Below are positions 29,907 to 38,108 of a DNA stretch of 64,000 bases, piece by piece; position 1 is the stretch's first letter; every line of letters begins with the position of its first letter. The stretch spans positions 35,516-99,515 of the forward strand of contig JBBRBM010000001.1 of NCBI GenBank assembly GCA_038205745.1, read 5' to 3'. A program made the position numbers and the translations under genes. The notes beneath the pieces are model-generated. The model worked only from the letters and a program-made list of their open reading frames with translations, did no database searches and was not told the origin of the DNA. This DNA comes from Verrucomicrobiota bacterium (GTDB taxonomy: Bacteria > Verrucomicrobiota > Verrucomicrobiia > Limisphaerales > SIBH01).

Positions 29907-30418
29907 CAGTGGTGGTGACTCTCTGCTTTCTGCTCGGCAGCCTGCGATTGCGCACTGCCGTGTCGCTGCTCCATTTCGTGCTCGTCCGTGAGGGTCTGTT
30001 GCTGCACCCATTGCAGGTAACGCCTGCCTTGTTCCGGCGGCATCTGGCGGCTCACTTCGAGGAAATGATTGAACATGTTCTTCTGGCATTGCACGCGCAG
30101 GTCGCCCGCTTCCTTGAGCTTTTCTTCCACCGCGCTGGCATCCACGTTCGCGGCGCTGACGAGTTGCTTCAGTTCGGAATTTTTGTGCGCAACCTGCCGG
30201 CAAAGCTCTTCACAACGCGGCATGTAACCCTCGTGCAGCTTCGCGACGCGCTCGAACTCCGCATCACCGAGTTGAAACTCCTTCTTCAACCAAGCCAGTT
30301 CCGGCGCGGGCGCTTCAAGCAATTGCCGCTGCTCACGAGTCTTGCCGTAGTAAAGCGCGCAGTAGGCAGTGACCGCTGCCACCAGGCCGAGCAAAAGAAT
30401 GATCGCACTCCGCTTCAT
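29906..30418 (-). CDS. periplasmic Spy/CpxP/ZraP-like (LTXXQ-type) stress or heavy-metal sensor protein
   Basis: From the ATG at 30418 (ATGA overlap) the protein opens MKRSAIILLLGLVAAVTAYCAL. The rest is helical and rich in Q, E and K, with a C-terminal HHH. The position inside an ECF operon is typical for this family. Confidence 0.6.
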   Translation of the reverse strand: MKRSAIILLLGLVAAVTAYCALYYGKTREQRQLLEAPAPELAWLKKEFQLGDAEFERVAKLHEGYMPRCEELCRQVAHKNSELKQLVSAANVDASAVEEKLKEAGDLRVQCQKNMFNHFLEVSRQMPPEQGRRYLQWVQQQTLTDEHEMEQRHGSAQSQAAEQKAESHHH

Positions 30419-30804
30419 CGATGCGTCCGCTGATACGGATCGATGGACTGCACGTAACGCGAACTGAGTTGTGCCTGAAGTTCGGTGGTCTTCTTTTCTG
30501 CCTGCGTAAATCCAAGGGCCAGTCCCAACAATGTGAGCACACTCATGTAGGCCACGGCCATCGCTGGTTTCGCGAAGATACCTCCGAGCCACGATGAGAT
30601 CGCGTCCCACACCGTCGTTCGCTGTTCAGCGGATTCAATGCGACGCCAGACTTCCTCGTTGAAACGAGGCGGCAACGACGCGGTGACCTTCCACTCACCC
30701 AACGCGCTGCTGACGGGGTCGTTCTCTTCACTGAAATTGTCGTTTTTCATAAACGTGCGGGCGGCGGCTTCTCCCGCCGCCCGTTTGATGTTGTCACTCA
30801 ACAC
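30415..30804 (-). CDS. single-pass membrane protein, putative anti-sigma factor
   Basis: It has LPPRFNEEVWRRIE followed by a TM helix (AMAVAYMSVLTLLGLALGF). Start is the GTG at 30804 or the ATG at 30750. It lies in an operon with the ECF sigma. Confidence 0.6.
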   Translation of the reverse strand: MLSDNIKRAAGEAAARTFMKNDNFSEENDPVSSALGEWKVTASLPPRFNEEVWRRIESAEQRTTVWDAISSWLGGIFAKPAMAVAYMSVLTLLGLALGFTQAEKKTTELQAQLSSRYVQSIDPYQRTHR

Positions 30805-30807
30805 CGA

Positions 30808-31104
30808 TTACTTCACCGGCGCGATTTCAAATTGCTGCGAACCGCGGGGCGCATTCTTTCCGGTGTAAACCAGGCTGCGCTGCTCGCTCACGAGATTGGG
30901 GTCATTCGCGCCATTCGTCACCGCGCGGTTGCCGGCGTAAGCGCCCTTGCCGCCACGATATTCAAATGATTGCCGAACGCTGGTGCCTGCGCTGGTCAAC
31001 GCCGGCCGCTTTGCTTCCTGCGCTTTGGGGGAGCCGAGCACGTCCGCACGTGCCGAGACGAGACTGAGTGCCGCGATGATTGCCAGGGTGTAGATGGATT
31101 TCAT
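30808..31104 (-). CDS. small secreted protein ending in FEIAPVK (first gene of the ECF operon)
   Basis: The ATG at 31104 gives MKSIYTLAIIAALSLVSARA (signal peptide). It is 98 aa and its C-terminus is GSQQFEIAPVK. Its stop lies 3 nt upstream of the anti-sigma start. Confidence 0.6.
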   Translation of the reverse strand: MKSIYTLAIIAALSLVSARADVLGSPKAQEAKRPALTSAGTSVRQSFEYRGGKGAYAGNRAVTNGANDPNLVSEQRSLVYTGKNAPRGSQQFEIAPVK

Positions 31105-31593
31105 TTTTTCTTTCGTTGGCCAGTGGCTCATTCCACCGGCGCTACATCTTCCATACGACGCAGGTATGAAAATCCCGCAGAATTTTTTGCAACGGAATGA
31201 ATAGCGCGGAGACAGCGCCTTATTCGAGGACGAGGAAGCCCGACTTCGCATCCACTGTGACGCGTTCAAAACGGGAAAGGATTCCGTTGCCGAGCAGGCC
31301 GCGCTCACCGGCGAAGATTTCGTTCGCGTGCAGCATGGTTGGAACATCCGCGAGATATTTGCCGCCGACGGAGACCTCAGTCATGGCGGACGCAGTGAAT
31401 TCTGTGAGCGCGACGGAAACCGTGGCCGTATCTGCCCGGGGAACTCCGCGAAGCGTACTGCCCCATGGCCAAAGCGAGCTGGCTCCAAAAAACGGGCGAG
31501 CTGGAAAAATCCCTACATGGGAAAAGAGATGCTTCGTTGCAGACGTTTCAAAGCCTGATGCTGATTTCAAAACAAAAAAGAAAGGTCCATTAC

Positions 31594-31972
31594 ATGAAAG
31601 CTACAACATTCATCACCATCGCAACCGCTTTCGCGGCGGCGACTCTATTCGCCCAGAACACACCCGTGCCGGCGAGTCCCCGGGCGCGAACAGTTTCCAG
31701 AGCTCTCACGCGCGTCCCAGCCCAGTTCCGCGGACGCCTCCCATCGCGCACTCGCGAAGATCACGGAGAACACAGCCTTCGCCACCAGCCCACGGGTTCG
31801 GGAAGAGTTCCCGGCGCTGAACAGATCAGCCGCGACAGCAAGTGCCAGCACACGACCAGTCATCGCCAATCGCGCTTTCGCCGCGAGTCCTCGCGCGAAA
31901 GAGGAATTCCCGTGGCTCGCGAGAGAAAGCCTTCCGACGACGCCCGCATTTGAGATTGCACCAGTGAAGTAA
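31594..31972 (+). pseudogene. frame-disrupted small secreted protein with SPRxxE(E/Q)FPxL repeats, ending in FEIAPVK
   Basis: The signal peptide MKATTFITIATAFAAATLFA is in the frame of 31594. After the C4G3 run at 31678-31684 the conserved reading continues in the +1 frame: REQFPELSR...SPRVREEFPALNR...SPRAKEEFPWLAR...TPAFEIAPVK*, with the stop at 31970-31972. Confidence 0.55.
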
Positions 31973-31982
31973 GCCGCCAGTC

Positions 31983-32010
31983 ATGCGAATGCCGAGGTCG
32001 GCATTCGCAT
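31983..32010 (+). terminator. stem-loop terminator candidate
   Basis: atgcgaatgccg-aggt-cggcattcgcat is a perfect 12-bp stem. It lies 11 nt after the stop at 31972 and is followed by tctcatggttttc. Confidence 0.5.
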
Positions 32011-32230
32011 TCTCATGGTTTTCGGCGGCATCCTCTTCGTCCGTCGTTTACAAACTTCATCCGTTCGGCGCCGCTGACGAACCACGTGTTGTAAACGGAC
32101 TCGGGACCGGACTTGTAGCGGGCTACAAACTCAGAGAGTGACGGTGTGTCCATGCGTGGAGGCACGATGGCGCTGCGGAGCGGCTAGAGCAATCACCAGA
32201 GCCGCCCCGCCGAGGGGATTTCCGGCCGGA

Positions 32231-32497
32231 CTATTTCTTCTCGGCGGCCTCGATCTTCTTCACGAACTTGGCCGGTTCCTTGTTGAAATCCTTGAGGCAC
32301 GATTTGCAGCAGAGCTTCACTTCGCGGCCTTCATGCGTGAACACGTAAGGAGATCCCATCCCACCCAGCTTTTCATCCGACACGACGCACGTTTTGAGCG
32401 GATACGGTTTGGCTTTTGCCTGTTCAGCTCCGCCGGCAACTCCGGCGAGACCGAGCACGCCAGCAACAAGTGACACCGCAAATATCTTCACATTCAT
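32231..32497 (-). CDS. small secreted YHS/TRASH-like putative metal-binding protein
   Basis: The ATG at 32497 gives MNVKIFAVSLVAGVLGLAGVAGG (signal peptide). It then reads YPLKTCVVSDEKL...EGREVKLCCKSCLKDFNKEP. Confidence 0.6.
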   Translation of the reverse strand: MNVKIFAVSLVAGVLGLAGVAGGAEQAKAKPYPLKTCVVSDEKLGGMGSPYVFTHEGREVKLCCKSCLKDFNKEPAKFVKKIEAAEKK

Positions 32498-32681
32498 GGT
32501 CGGTATACGATTCAACATGCCGAATCCCTCGGACTTTTTCAGGTTGGTTCCATTTTTGTTCCACGTAGTTCGCGCAGCGGTTGCGGCGGCCACGCGCTGC
32601 CATGTCTGGCCTTCATTCCACCAACGCGAACGGCGGGGTGCGACGTCCGCCGTTTCTTGATCCCAGTTGAACTGCCGTGAA

Positions 32682-33008
32682 TCAGCTATTGCAGCCGCCG
32701 CACGTGTGAACTGCGCTTTCAACTTTGGCTTTGCCGTGGCCGGTTGTGACCCACTTGCTGACGCAGGATGCGCACGCATGACGCTTGATGGTCGAAACGG
32801 TCGCCGTCGAGCCTTTGAACGCCGGAGCCGTCATGGTCACGAATTCAGATTTGCAATTCGCGCATTTCATCGCGGCTGGTGCGGCTGCTTCCGTGCGAAC
32901 GCCAGGTGAGTTGAACAAGCCCGAGGCGCCCCCCTTGGTGACGACGTCCGCGCGGGCAGCGGTTGCGGCGAAGAGGGCGGCGATGGCGAGTGTGATGATC
33001 GGTTTCAT
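32682..33008 (-). CDS. small secreted Cys-rich protein (three CxxC motifs)
   Basis: The ATG at 33008 gives MKPIITLAIAALFAATAARA. Motifs are KCANCKSEF, HACASCVSKW and HTCGGCNS. Confidence 0.55.
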   Translation of the reverse strand: MKPIITLAIAALFAATAARADVVTKGGASGLFNSPGVRTEAAAPAAMKCANCKSEFVTMTAPAFKGSTATVSTIKRHACASCVSKWVTTGHGKAKVESAVHTCGGCNS

Positions 33009-33164
33009 ATTCGTTTGCTTTCTCATTTCAGTGAATGTTTTTCACCGTTCTGAACTCCTTACGCCGGCCCTCGAAGAACCACTCGACCCTCCTTTGCTCG
33101 GAACTTCGCTTTTCCTGTCAGCCGATCGGAGCCCGGGAAATGATCTTCGATCACGCCACACGCG

Positions 33165-33758
33165 CTACAGTTTCGCCGCCTTCAACCTGAGCGCATTGGC
33201 AACGACCGACACGGAGCTGAAGCTCATCGCTGCACTGGCGATGATTGGACTAGGCAGGAGGCCAAACACTGGGAACAAAACACCCGCGGCGATCGGCACG
33301 CCGAGCGCGTTGTAGATGAACGCGAAGAAAAGGTTTTGACGGATATTGCGCATCACAGCGCGGCTGAGACGGATGGATTTTACAATGCCGCGGAGATCAC
33401 CTTTCACGAGTGTGATGCCGGCACTTTCAATCGCCACATCGGTTCCGGTGCCCATCGCGATGCCGACATCGGCTGCTGCCAAGGCCGGCGCGTCGTTGAT
33501 GCCGTCACCCGCCATGGCAACGACATGGCCTTCGCCGCGCAACTGCTGAACGCGTGCGTGTTTGTCTTTCGGTTCGACACCCGCTTGCACTTCATCAATG
33601 CCCAGGCGGGCCGCCACTGCTCGCGCGGTGAGTTCATTGTCGCCAGTCAGCATGATCACGCGCAGGCCAAGTTCATGCAGTTCCTTCACCGCATTGAGCG
33701 TGGTGGATTTGATCGGATCAGCGGCGGCGATGAGGTGCTTGGCTAACGTGCTGTCGAT
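33165..33758 (-). pseudogene. C-terminal fragment (about 195 codons) of a heavy-metal (CopA-type) P1B-ATPase
   Basis: The reading [41 protein letters not shown]...[32 protein letters not shown]...[12 protein letters not shown] matches only the hinge and last two TM helices of these roughly 750-aa pumps. Homology stops at about 33758. Confidence 0.8.
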
Positions 33759-33772
33759 GCAACCAGTTGCGC

Positions 33773-34153
33773 GATGATGAAAGCGCGCGGGCTTGGTTCT
33801 ATCGAATCCTGCGTCGCACCATCATTGACTTGTATCGTCGTCGCCACGTGGAGCAACGCGCGCTGGCAAAGATGGCACCGGAAGAACCGGACGCAGCCGA
33901 GATCAACGTGATTGGCCGCTGTCTGGATCGGTTGATTCTCAACCTCAAATCCGACTACGAGAAAATCATTCGCGCCGTGGACATCGAACAAAGATCGATA
34001 GCAGCCGTGACGAATGAACTTCAGATCTCCACGAACAATGTGAACGTCCGGCTGCACCGAGCCAGGCAGCAACTCCGCGCGCGGCTGGAGGAAACCTGCA
34101 AACTTTGCGCCAGGCATGGTTGCCTCGACTGCTCGTGTGATTCGAGCGGCTAA
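33773..34153 (+). pseudogene. 5'-truncated ECF sigma factor with a Cys-rich C-terminal tail (CorE-like type)
   Basis: The reading begins mid-region 2 ([20 protein letters not shown]). Region 4 is IIRAVDIEQRSIAAVTNELQISTNNVNVRLHRARQQLRARL. The tail is CKLCARHGCLDCSC. Regions 2.1-2.2 are absent, and the only in-frame start is a TTG at 33767. Confidence 0.7.
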
Positions 34154-34421
34154 GAAACAAAAAACACCGAAATCTATTGATCCGGCGCTGAGTTCCGGAG
34201 GGGAGGTGTCAACGCCGCCATGCGACTCGTCATGTTATTTTTCAGATGCGGTCGCTTTCTTCACGCGACTGAACGCCTCATTGCTCCCGCAGGGCTGCAA
34301 ACCGGGTGGACGTTTAGGCTTTCGCCAGCGCAGGCGACTTCCGCACAATGTTCCATCAATTGCCAGCTTTCGAACAAGCGCCGGCAACGCAATCCACGGT
34401 ATCGAGAATATGAGCGGTGAG

Positions 34422-34652
34422 TTAAGTCGGGCGCGGTTGCTGCACCAGCGCCGCCTGCTGCGTGATGAGCAGCGACTGCACGTCTTCGATGTGCGCCATT
34501 TCAGGAATCGCGCGACGCTTGGCGATGTCCCGATAGCGTTTGAACTCGGTGAGGCGTTTCCCGAGATGCGTGATCTCGAGATGCCCTTCGTCCAGTTTCC
34601 AGATTTGTCCTTTTGCCAGCAACGGTGGCCGGCTGTTCCGTCTCAGTTTCAT
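34422..34652 (-). CDS. hypothetical small protein
   Basis: The ATG at 34652 gives MKLRRNSRPPLLAKGQIWKLDEGHLEITHLGKRL.... It is co-directional with the upstream sugar genes. I recognised no motif. Confidence 0.35.
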   Translation of the reverse strand: MKLRRNSRPPLLAKGQIWKLDEGHLEITHLGKRLTEFKRYRDIAKRRAIPEMAHIEDVQSLLITQQAALVQQPRPT

Positions 34653-34789
34653 AAAAAAGCCTTTCGCTCTCACCCCCCGACCGAGAAATTGAAATCCTCC
34701 GTAACGGCGCCAGTCTAGCGTGATTCATCAAAGGCGCAACTGCGCCGAGGCAGAATTTTAGACCCGCACACCGCCGCAGCCATGTCACT

Positions 34790-35236
34790 TTAAGTCTGCC
34801 GGCATCCGATGGTGAGCAGCACGTTGGCCCACAGCGCCTGATCCGCCGTCTGGATTGTCAGGACGTGATCGGCGGACTCGACGGCCTTGTAGAAATCCCA
34901 CTTCAGGATGGGCTCGATCTTCAGTTTCAGCCGCGCCTCTTTGACGATCTGGCGATACTCGTTCCACGCGGGTGGCTCGCCGGCTTTCGCGTACGGATCG
35001 TCAGCGGGAATGCCCATCGTGTTCACGGCATCAATCGGCACCGCACTCAAGATCGCGCGCAACACTTGCGAACACGTGACGATGCCCGGCGACAAGTTCA
35101 GGCAAACGAGCTCGGCGTTCGGCCCCTTCTTCGTCGAGGCGGGATAATTTCCGTCAGCAATCAGCACCTTCGCGTGATGACCGGCGCGGCCGAGCACTTC
35201 GTTGATCTTGGGGTGAATGAGTTCGTGTTTGAGCAT
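34790..35236 (-). CDS. RbsD/FucU family sugar mutarotase/pyranase
   Basis: The ATG at 35236 gives MLKHELIHPKINEVLGRAGHHAKVLIADGNYP. This is the typical RbsD/FucU N-terminus, and about 148 aa is the typical length. Confidence 0.75.
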   Translation of the reverse strand: MLKHELIHPKINEVLGRAGHHAKVLIADGNYPASTKKGPNAELVCLNLSPGIVTCSQVLRAILSAVPIDAVNTMGIPADDPYAKAGEPPAWNEYRQIVKEARLKLKIEPILKWDFYKAVESADHVLTIQTADQALWANVLLTIGCRQT

Positions 35237-35241
35237 GAGAA

Positions 35242-36060
35242 TCACTTTGGAAAAAGGCTCTGAAAACTCTCGATCGATTTGCGCGCCGCCGTTTTCGCGT
35301 CTGGCAACGGCAACACTTCCGCAGATACGAAACCTTGGTAGCCGATGTCGCGCAGTGCTGCAGCGATCGGCTTCACATCGAGATGGCCGAAGCCGATCGC
35401 GAGGCGGTTTGTGTCCGCGAAATGGACGTGGCCCACTTTGTCGCCGGCCCACCGCAGCGCCGCCGCGATGTCGCGCTCCTCGATGTTCATGTGAAACAAG
35501 TCGCAGAGCAGCTTCACGTTTGGCGTGCGCAATGTTTTCAGGAAGGCCAGCGCGGGCTCGACGCTGTTGAAAAGATTCGTCTCGTAGCGATTCAGGAATT
35601 CGTAGAGCACCGGCACGTGGAACTTCGTCGCGCGTTCACCGAGTTCGTTCAGCGCATCGCCAAGCCATTGCAGCGCCTGCTCGCGCGTGACGCCGTCGCC
35701 CCAGCGGCCTTGCATGGAGCCGAGAATGACCGGCGCATCGAACTGTCCCGCCACGTCGATCAATTGCGAGACGTAATCAACGGCCCGCCGCCGAACGCCC
35801 GCGTCAGGATCAGTGAGTCGCAGCTTGTGCTTCACCCACCCGGCTCCGCTGCCGAAACCAGCCACGCTCAAACGATGTTTCGCCAGCAGTGATTTCACTT
35901 CCGCCACATTCACCGCCGCTGGCTCCTGGAAAAAAAGTTCCACTGCATCGAATCCCAGTTCCGCCGCTCCGGCGCATCCGGCAGCGAGGTCGTCCCAAAA
36001 AACGAAAGGTCCGCCGCGCATCTCCGGCACGAGCGAGATAGTGACTGCGGATCGAATCAT
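35242..36060 (-). CDS. sugar phosphate isomerase/epimerase (xylose isomerase-like TIM barrel)
   Basis: 272 aa. Family-typical segments are FDAVELFF, CDLFHMNIEE, GHVHFADTNR and SAEVLP. Confidence 0.75.
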   Translation of the reverse strand: MIRSAVTISLVPEMRGGPFVFWDDLAAGCAGAAELGFDAVELFFQEPAAVNVAEVKSLLAKHRLSVAGFGSGAGWVKHKLRLTDPDAGVRRRAVDYVSQLIDVAGQFDAPVILGSMQGRWGDGVTREQALQWLGDALNELGERATKFHVPVLYEFLNRYETNLFNSVEPALAFLKTLRTPNVKLLCDLFHMNIEERDIAAALRWAGDKVGHVHFADTNRLAIGFGHLDVKPIAAALRDIGYQGFVSAEVLPLPDAKTAARKSIESFQSLFPK

Positions 36061-36094
36061 CGTTGGGCGCAGGCTAGAGACGCGCGCGCGACAG

Positions 36095-37339
36095 TCAAGT
36101 GGAGGCGTCGGATGGATTCATAACTTCGCGCGCGGGTGCGTTCACGTTTGGCAGCGTGAAGAAAAACTGCGCACCGTTACCCGGCTCGCTCTCGACCCAC
36201 ACCCTGCCCCCGTGCGACTGGACAATGTGCTTCACGATCGAGAGGCCGAGTCCGGTTCCACCCGTCTCGCGAGAGCGCGCGCGATCGACGCGATAGAACC
36301 GCTCGAAGATTCGTTCCCTGGCTTCCGCCGGAATTCCGGGGCCGTCATCCGCGACGCAAAGCTCCACCTGTTCTTCCCCCGCGCGGGCACGCACGACCAC
36401 GCGGCCGTTGGCCTTTCCATACTTGATCGCGTTGTCGAGCAGGTTCACGAGCACTTGCTCGAGACGGTCGGGATCGGCGCGGCCATCGAGCTCGTCGGGA
36501 ATCTGGTTCTCGATCGTAACGCCCCGCTCGGTCGCGCGCTTTTGCAAGTCGGACAATAGATGGTCCACAAATGCGTGCAATTCAATGGGGCGCAACTGCA
36601 ACGTGATCTGGCCGGACTCGAGGCGCGAGATGGTCAAAAGGTCTTCGATCAGATTCGTCAGCCGATTCGAGTGCCGCTCGATCGTGCGCAGAAATTTAAT
36701 CGTCAGTTCCGGATCATCCTTCGCTCCGCCATCAAGCAGCGTCTCGACGTAACCTTTGATCAGGGAAAGCGGGGTGCGCAGCTCGTGACTGACGTTGGCG
36801 ACAAATTCACGCCGGGTGTTCTCCAGTTGTCGAATGCGGGTGAGATCGTGAAATACCAGGATCGCTCCCTGCGCCCTGCCGTCGCGGTCATACACAGTCG
36901 CGGCGTTCACCTCGAACCAGTGCGGCGGATTGGTCGGCACTTCCACTTCGATGCTCAACACGCTGCGTTCGCTCGCGAGCCGTTGAAGCAATAGCGCCAG
37001 CTCAGGCCGATGAAACGCTTCAAGCAGGGTGCGCCCCCGCACGTCCACGCTGAGTTCAAATTGTTCTTCGAGGGAGCGATTGATGAGTTGGATTCTGCCC
37101 GCGGCATCGAGCAGCGCGACGCCTTCCACCATGCTGTTGAAGAGAGTCTGCCGTTCGGCCCGCGCCTGGTCACCGGTCGCGCTCTGAACTGCCACGAGGG
37201 AATCCTTCTCGCGGCGAAGCACGTCGAGCCGCGACTCCAACTCACGCCGCCGGCGCGTCGAAGCGATCAGCGCCCAACCCAGCGCCAGTGCGAGCGTGAT
37301 GGAAACCGCGATCCACATGGGTCTGCGTGCCGCCAGCAT
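36095..37339 (-). CDS. phoR: phosphate regulon sensor histidine kinase PhoR
   Basis: It has an N-terminal TM, a PAS domain, the H-box FVANVSHELRTPLSLIKGYVETL, and the ATPase segments VADDGPGIPAE and GTGLGLSIVKHIV. It lies next to phoB and the pst genes. Confidence 0.88.
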   Translation of the reverse strand: MLAARRPMWIAVSITLALALGWALIASTRRRRELESRLDVLRREKDSLVAVQSATGDQARAERQTLFNSMVEGVALLDAAGRIQLINRSLEEQFELSVDVRGRTLLEAFHRPELALLLQRLASERSVLSIEVEVPTNPPHWFEVNAATVYDRDGRAQGAILVFHDLTRIRQLENTRREFVANVSHELRTPLSLIKGYVETLLDGGAKDDPELTIKFLRTIERHSNRLTNLIEDLLTISRLESGQITLQLRPIELHAFVDHLLSDLQKRATERGVTIENQIPDELDGRADPDRLEQVLVNLLDNAIKYGKANGRVVVRARAGEEQVELCVADDGPGIPAEARERIFERFYRVDRARSRETGGTGLGLSIVKHIVQSHGGRVWVESEPGNGAQFFFTLPNVNAPAREVMNPSDAST

Positions 37340-37376
37340 CCTGCTGGCACGCGCCGGCTAGACGCCGGCGGCACGT

Positions 37377-38060
37377 TCATTTATCGACGAAGCGGTATCC
37401 GACTCCGCGCACCGTGTCGAGATAACGCGCGGCGCTGCCGAGCTTGTCGCGTAATCGGCGCATGTGCGTGTCGACGGTGCGTGTGTCGATGAGGCTGTCG
37501 TATTCCCACACGTCGCGCAGCAAGGCATCACGGGATTGCACCCGTCCGCGACGCTCCATCAGCACCGTCAGCAGCTTGAACTCCGTCGCGGTGAGTTGAA
37601 TGGACTTTCCATCCACCAGCACTTCATGTCGTGGAATGTCGATGACGAGATCGCCGAGGTTGATTTGGTCCTGATGCGGCTCTGTTGGCGTGCGCCGACG
37701 CAGCAACGCCTTCACACGCAACACCAACTCGCGCGGGCTAAATGGCTTGGTGAGATAATCATCGGCGCCCAACTCCAACCCGAGCACGCGATCGATTTCC
37801 GCGGCCTTCGCCGTGAGCATGATGATCGGGATTGCCGCCGTGGCTGGCTCACGGCGCAACGTCTTGCAAACTTCGAGCCCGTCCACTTCCGGCAACATCA
37901 CATCGAGCACCACGAGTGCAGGTTGCGTGGAGCGGGCTTTCTTGATCGCCTCCGCTCCGTCGTCGGCGGTCACGACATCGTAGCCTGCGCCCTTGAGGTT
38001 GAATTGAATCAGATCGAGCGCATCCGGCTCGTCATCCACTACGAGGATTTTTTCTTTCAT
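37377..38060 (-). CDS. phoB: phosphate regulon response regulator PhoB (OmpR family)
   Basis: MKEKILVVDDEPD, LDVMLPEVDG, a winged-helix C-terminus (LTATEFKLLTVLMER...VDTHMRRLRDKL...VRGVGYRF), and the operon context. Confidence 0.9.
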   Translation of the reverse strand: MKEKILVVDDEPDALDLIQFNLKGAGYDVVTADDGAEAIKKARSTQPALVVLDVMLPEVDGLEVCKTLRREPATAAIPIIMLTAKAAEIDRVLGLELGADDYLTKPFSPRELVLRVKALLRRRTPTEPHQDQINLGDLVIDIPRHEVLVDGKSIQLTATEFKLLTVLMERRGRVQSRDALLRDVWEYDSLIDTRTVDTHMRRLRDKLGSAARYLDTVRGVGYRFVDK

Positions 38061-38108
38061 GTGTGCGCGTTGATGGCGCTGAGCGATTGATAGCAGGTGC
38101 GAGTCAAA

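Noticed and set aside
31220-31570. A 116-aa - strand ORF whose C-terminus (ERGLLGNGILSRFERVTVDAKSGFLVLE) resembles retropepsin-like aspartyl proteases.
   Set aside because: The expected D-T/S-G reads DTA, the N-terminal half is not protease-like, and there is no convincing start. At most it is a decayed fragment, so I did not call it as a gene.
31594-31953. The uninterrupted frame-1 reading of the small secreted gene (120 aa, Arg/Ser-rich after the signal peptide).
   Set aside because: The +1 frame carries the internal repeats and the FEIAPVK terminus shared, with synonymous differences, with the paralogue at 30808-31104. Frame 1 after 31684 therefore looks like off-frame translation.
32013-32153. 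A 46-codon - strand ORF (MDTPSLSEFVARYKSGPESVYNTWFVSGAERMKF...) that looks like the start of a larger protein.
   Set aside because: It is too short, it terminates inside the terminator hairpin of the neighbouring gene, and I cannot name the family with confidence. It may be a 5' gene remnant.
34116-34718. A 200-aa + ORF and other small ORFs in the lower-GC spacer 34154-34790.
   Set aside because: They have no motifs, overlap the more plausible - strand small ORF, and begin inside the truncated sigma gene.
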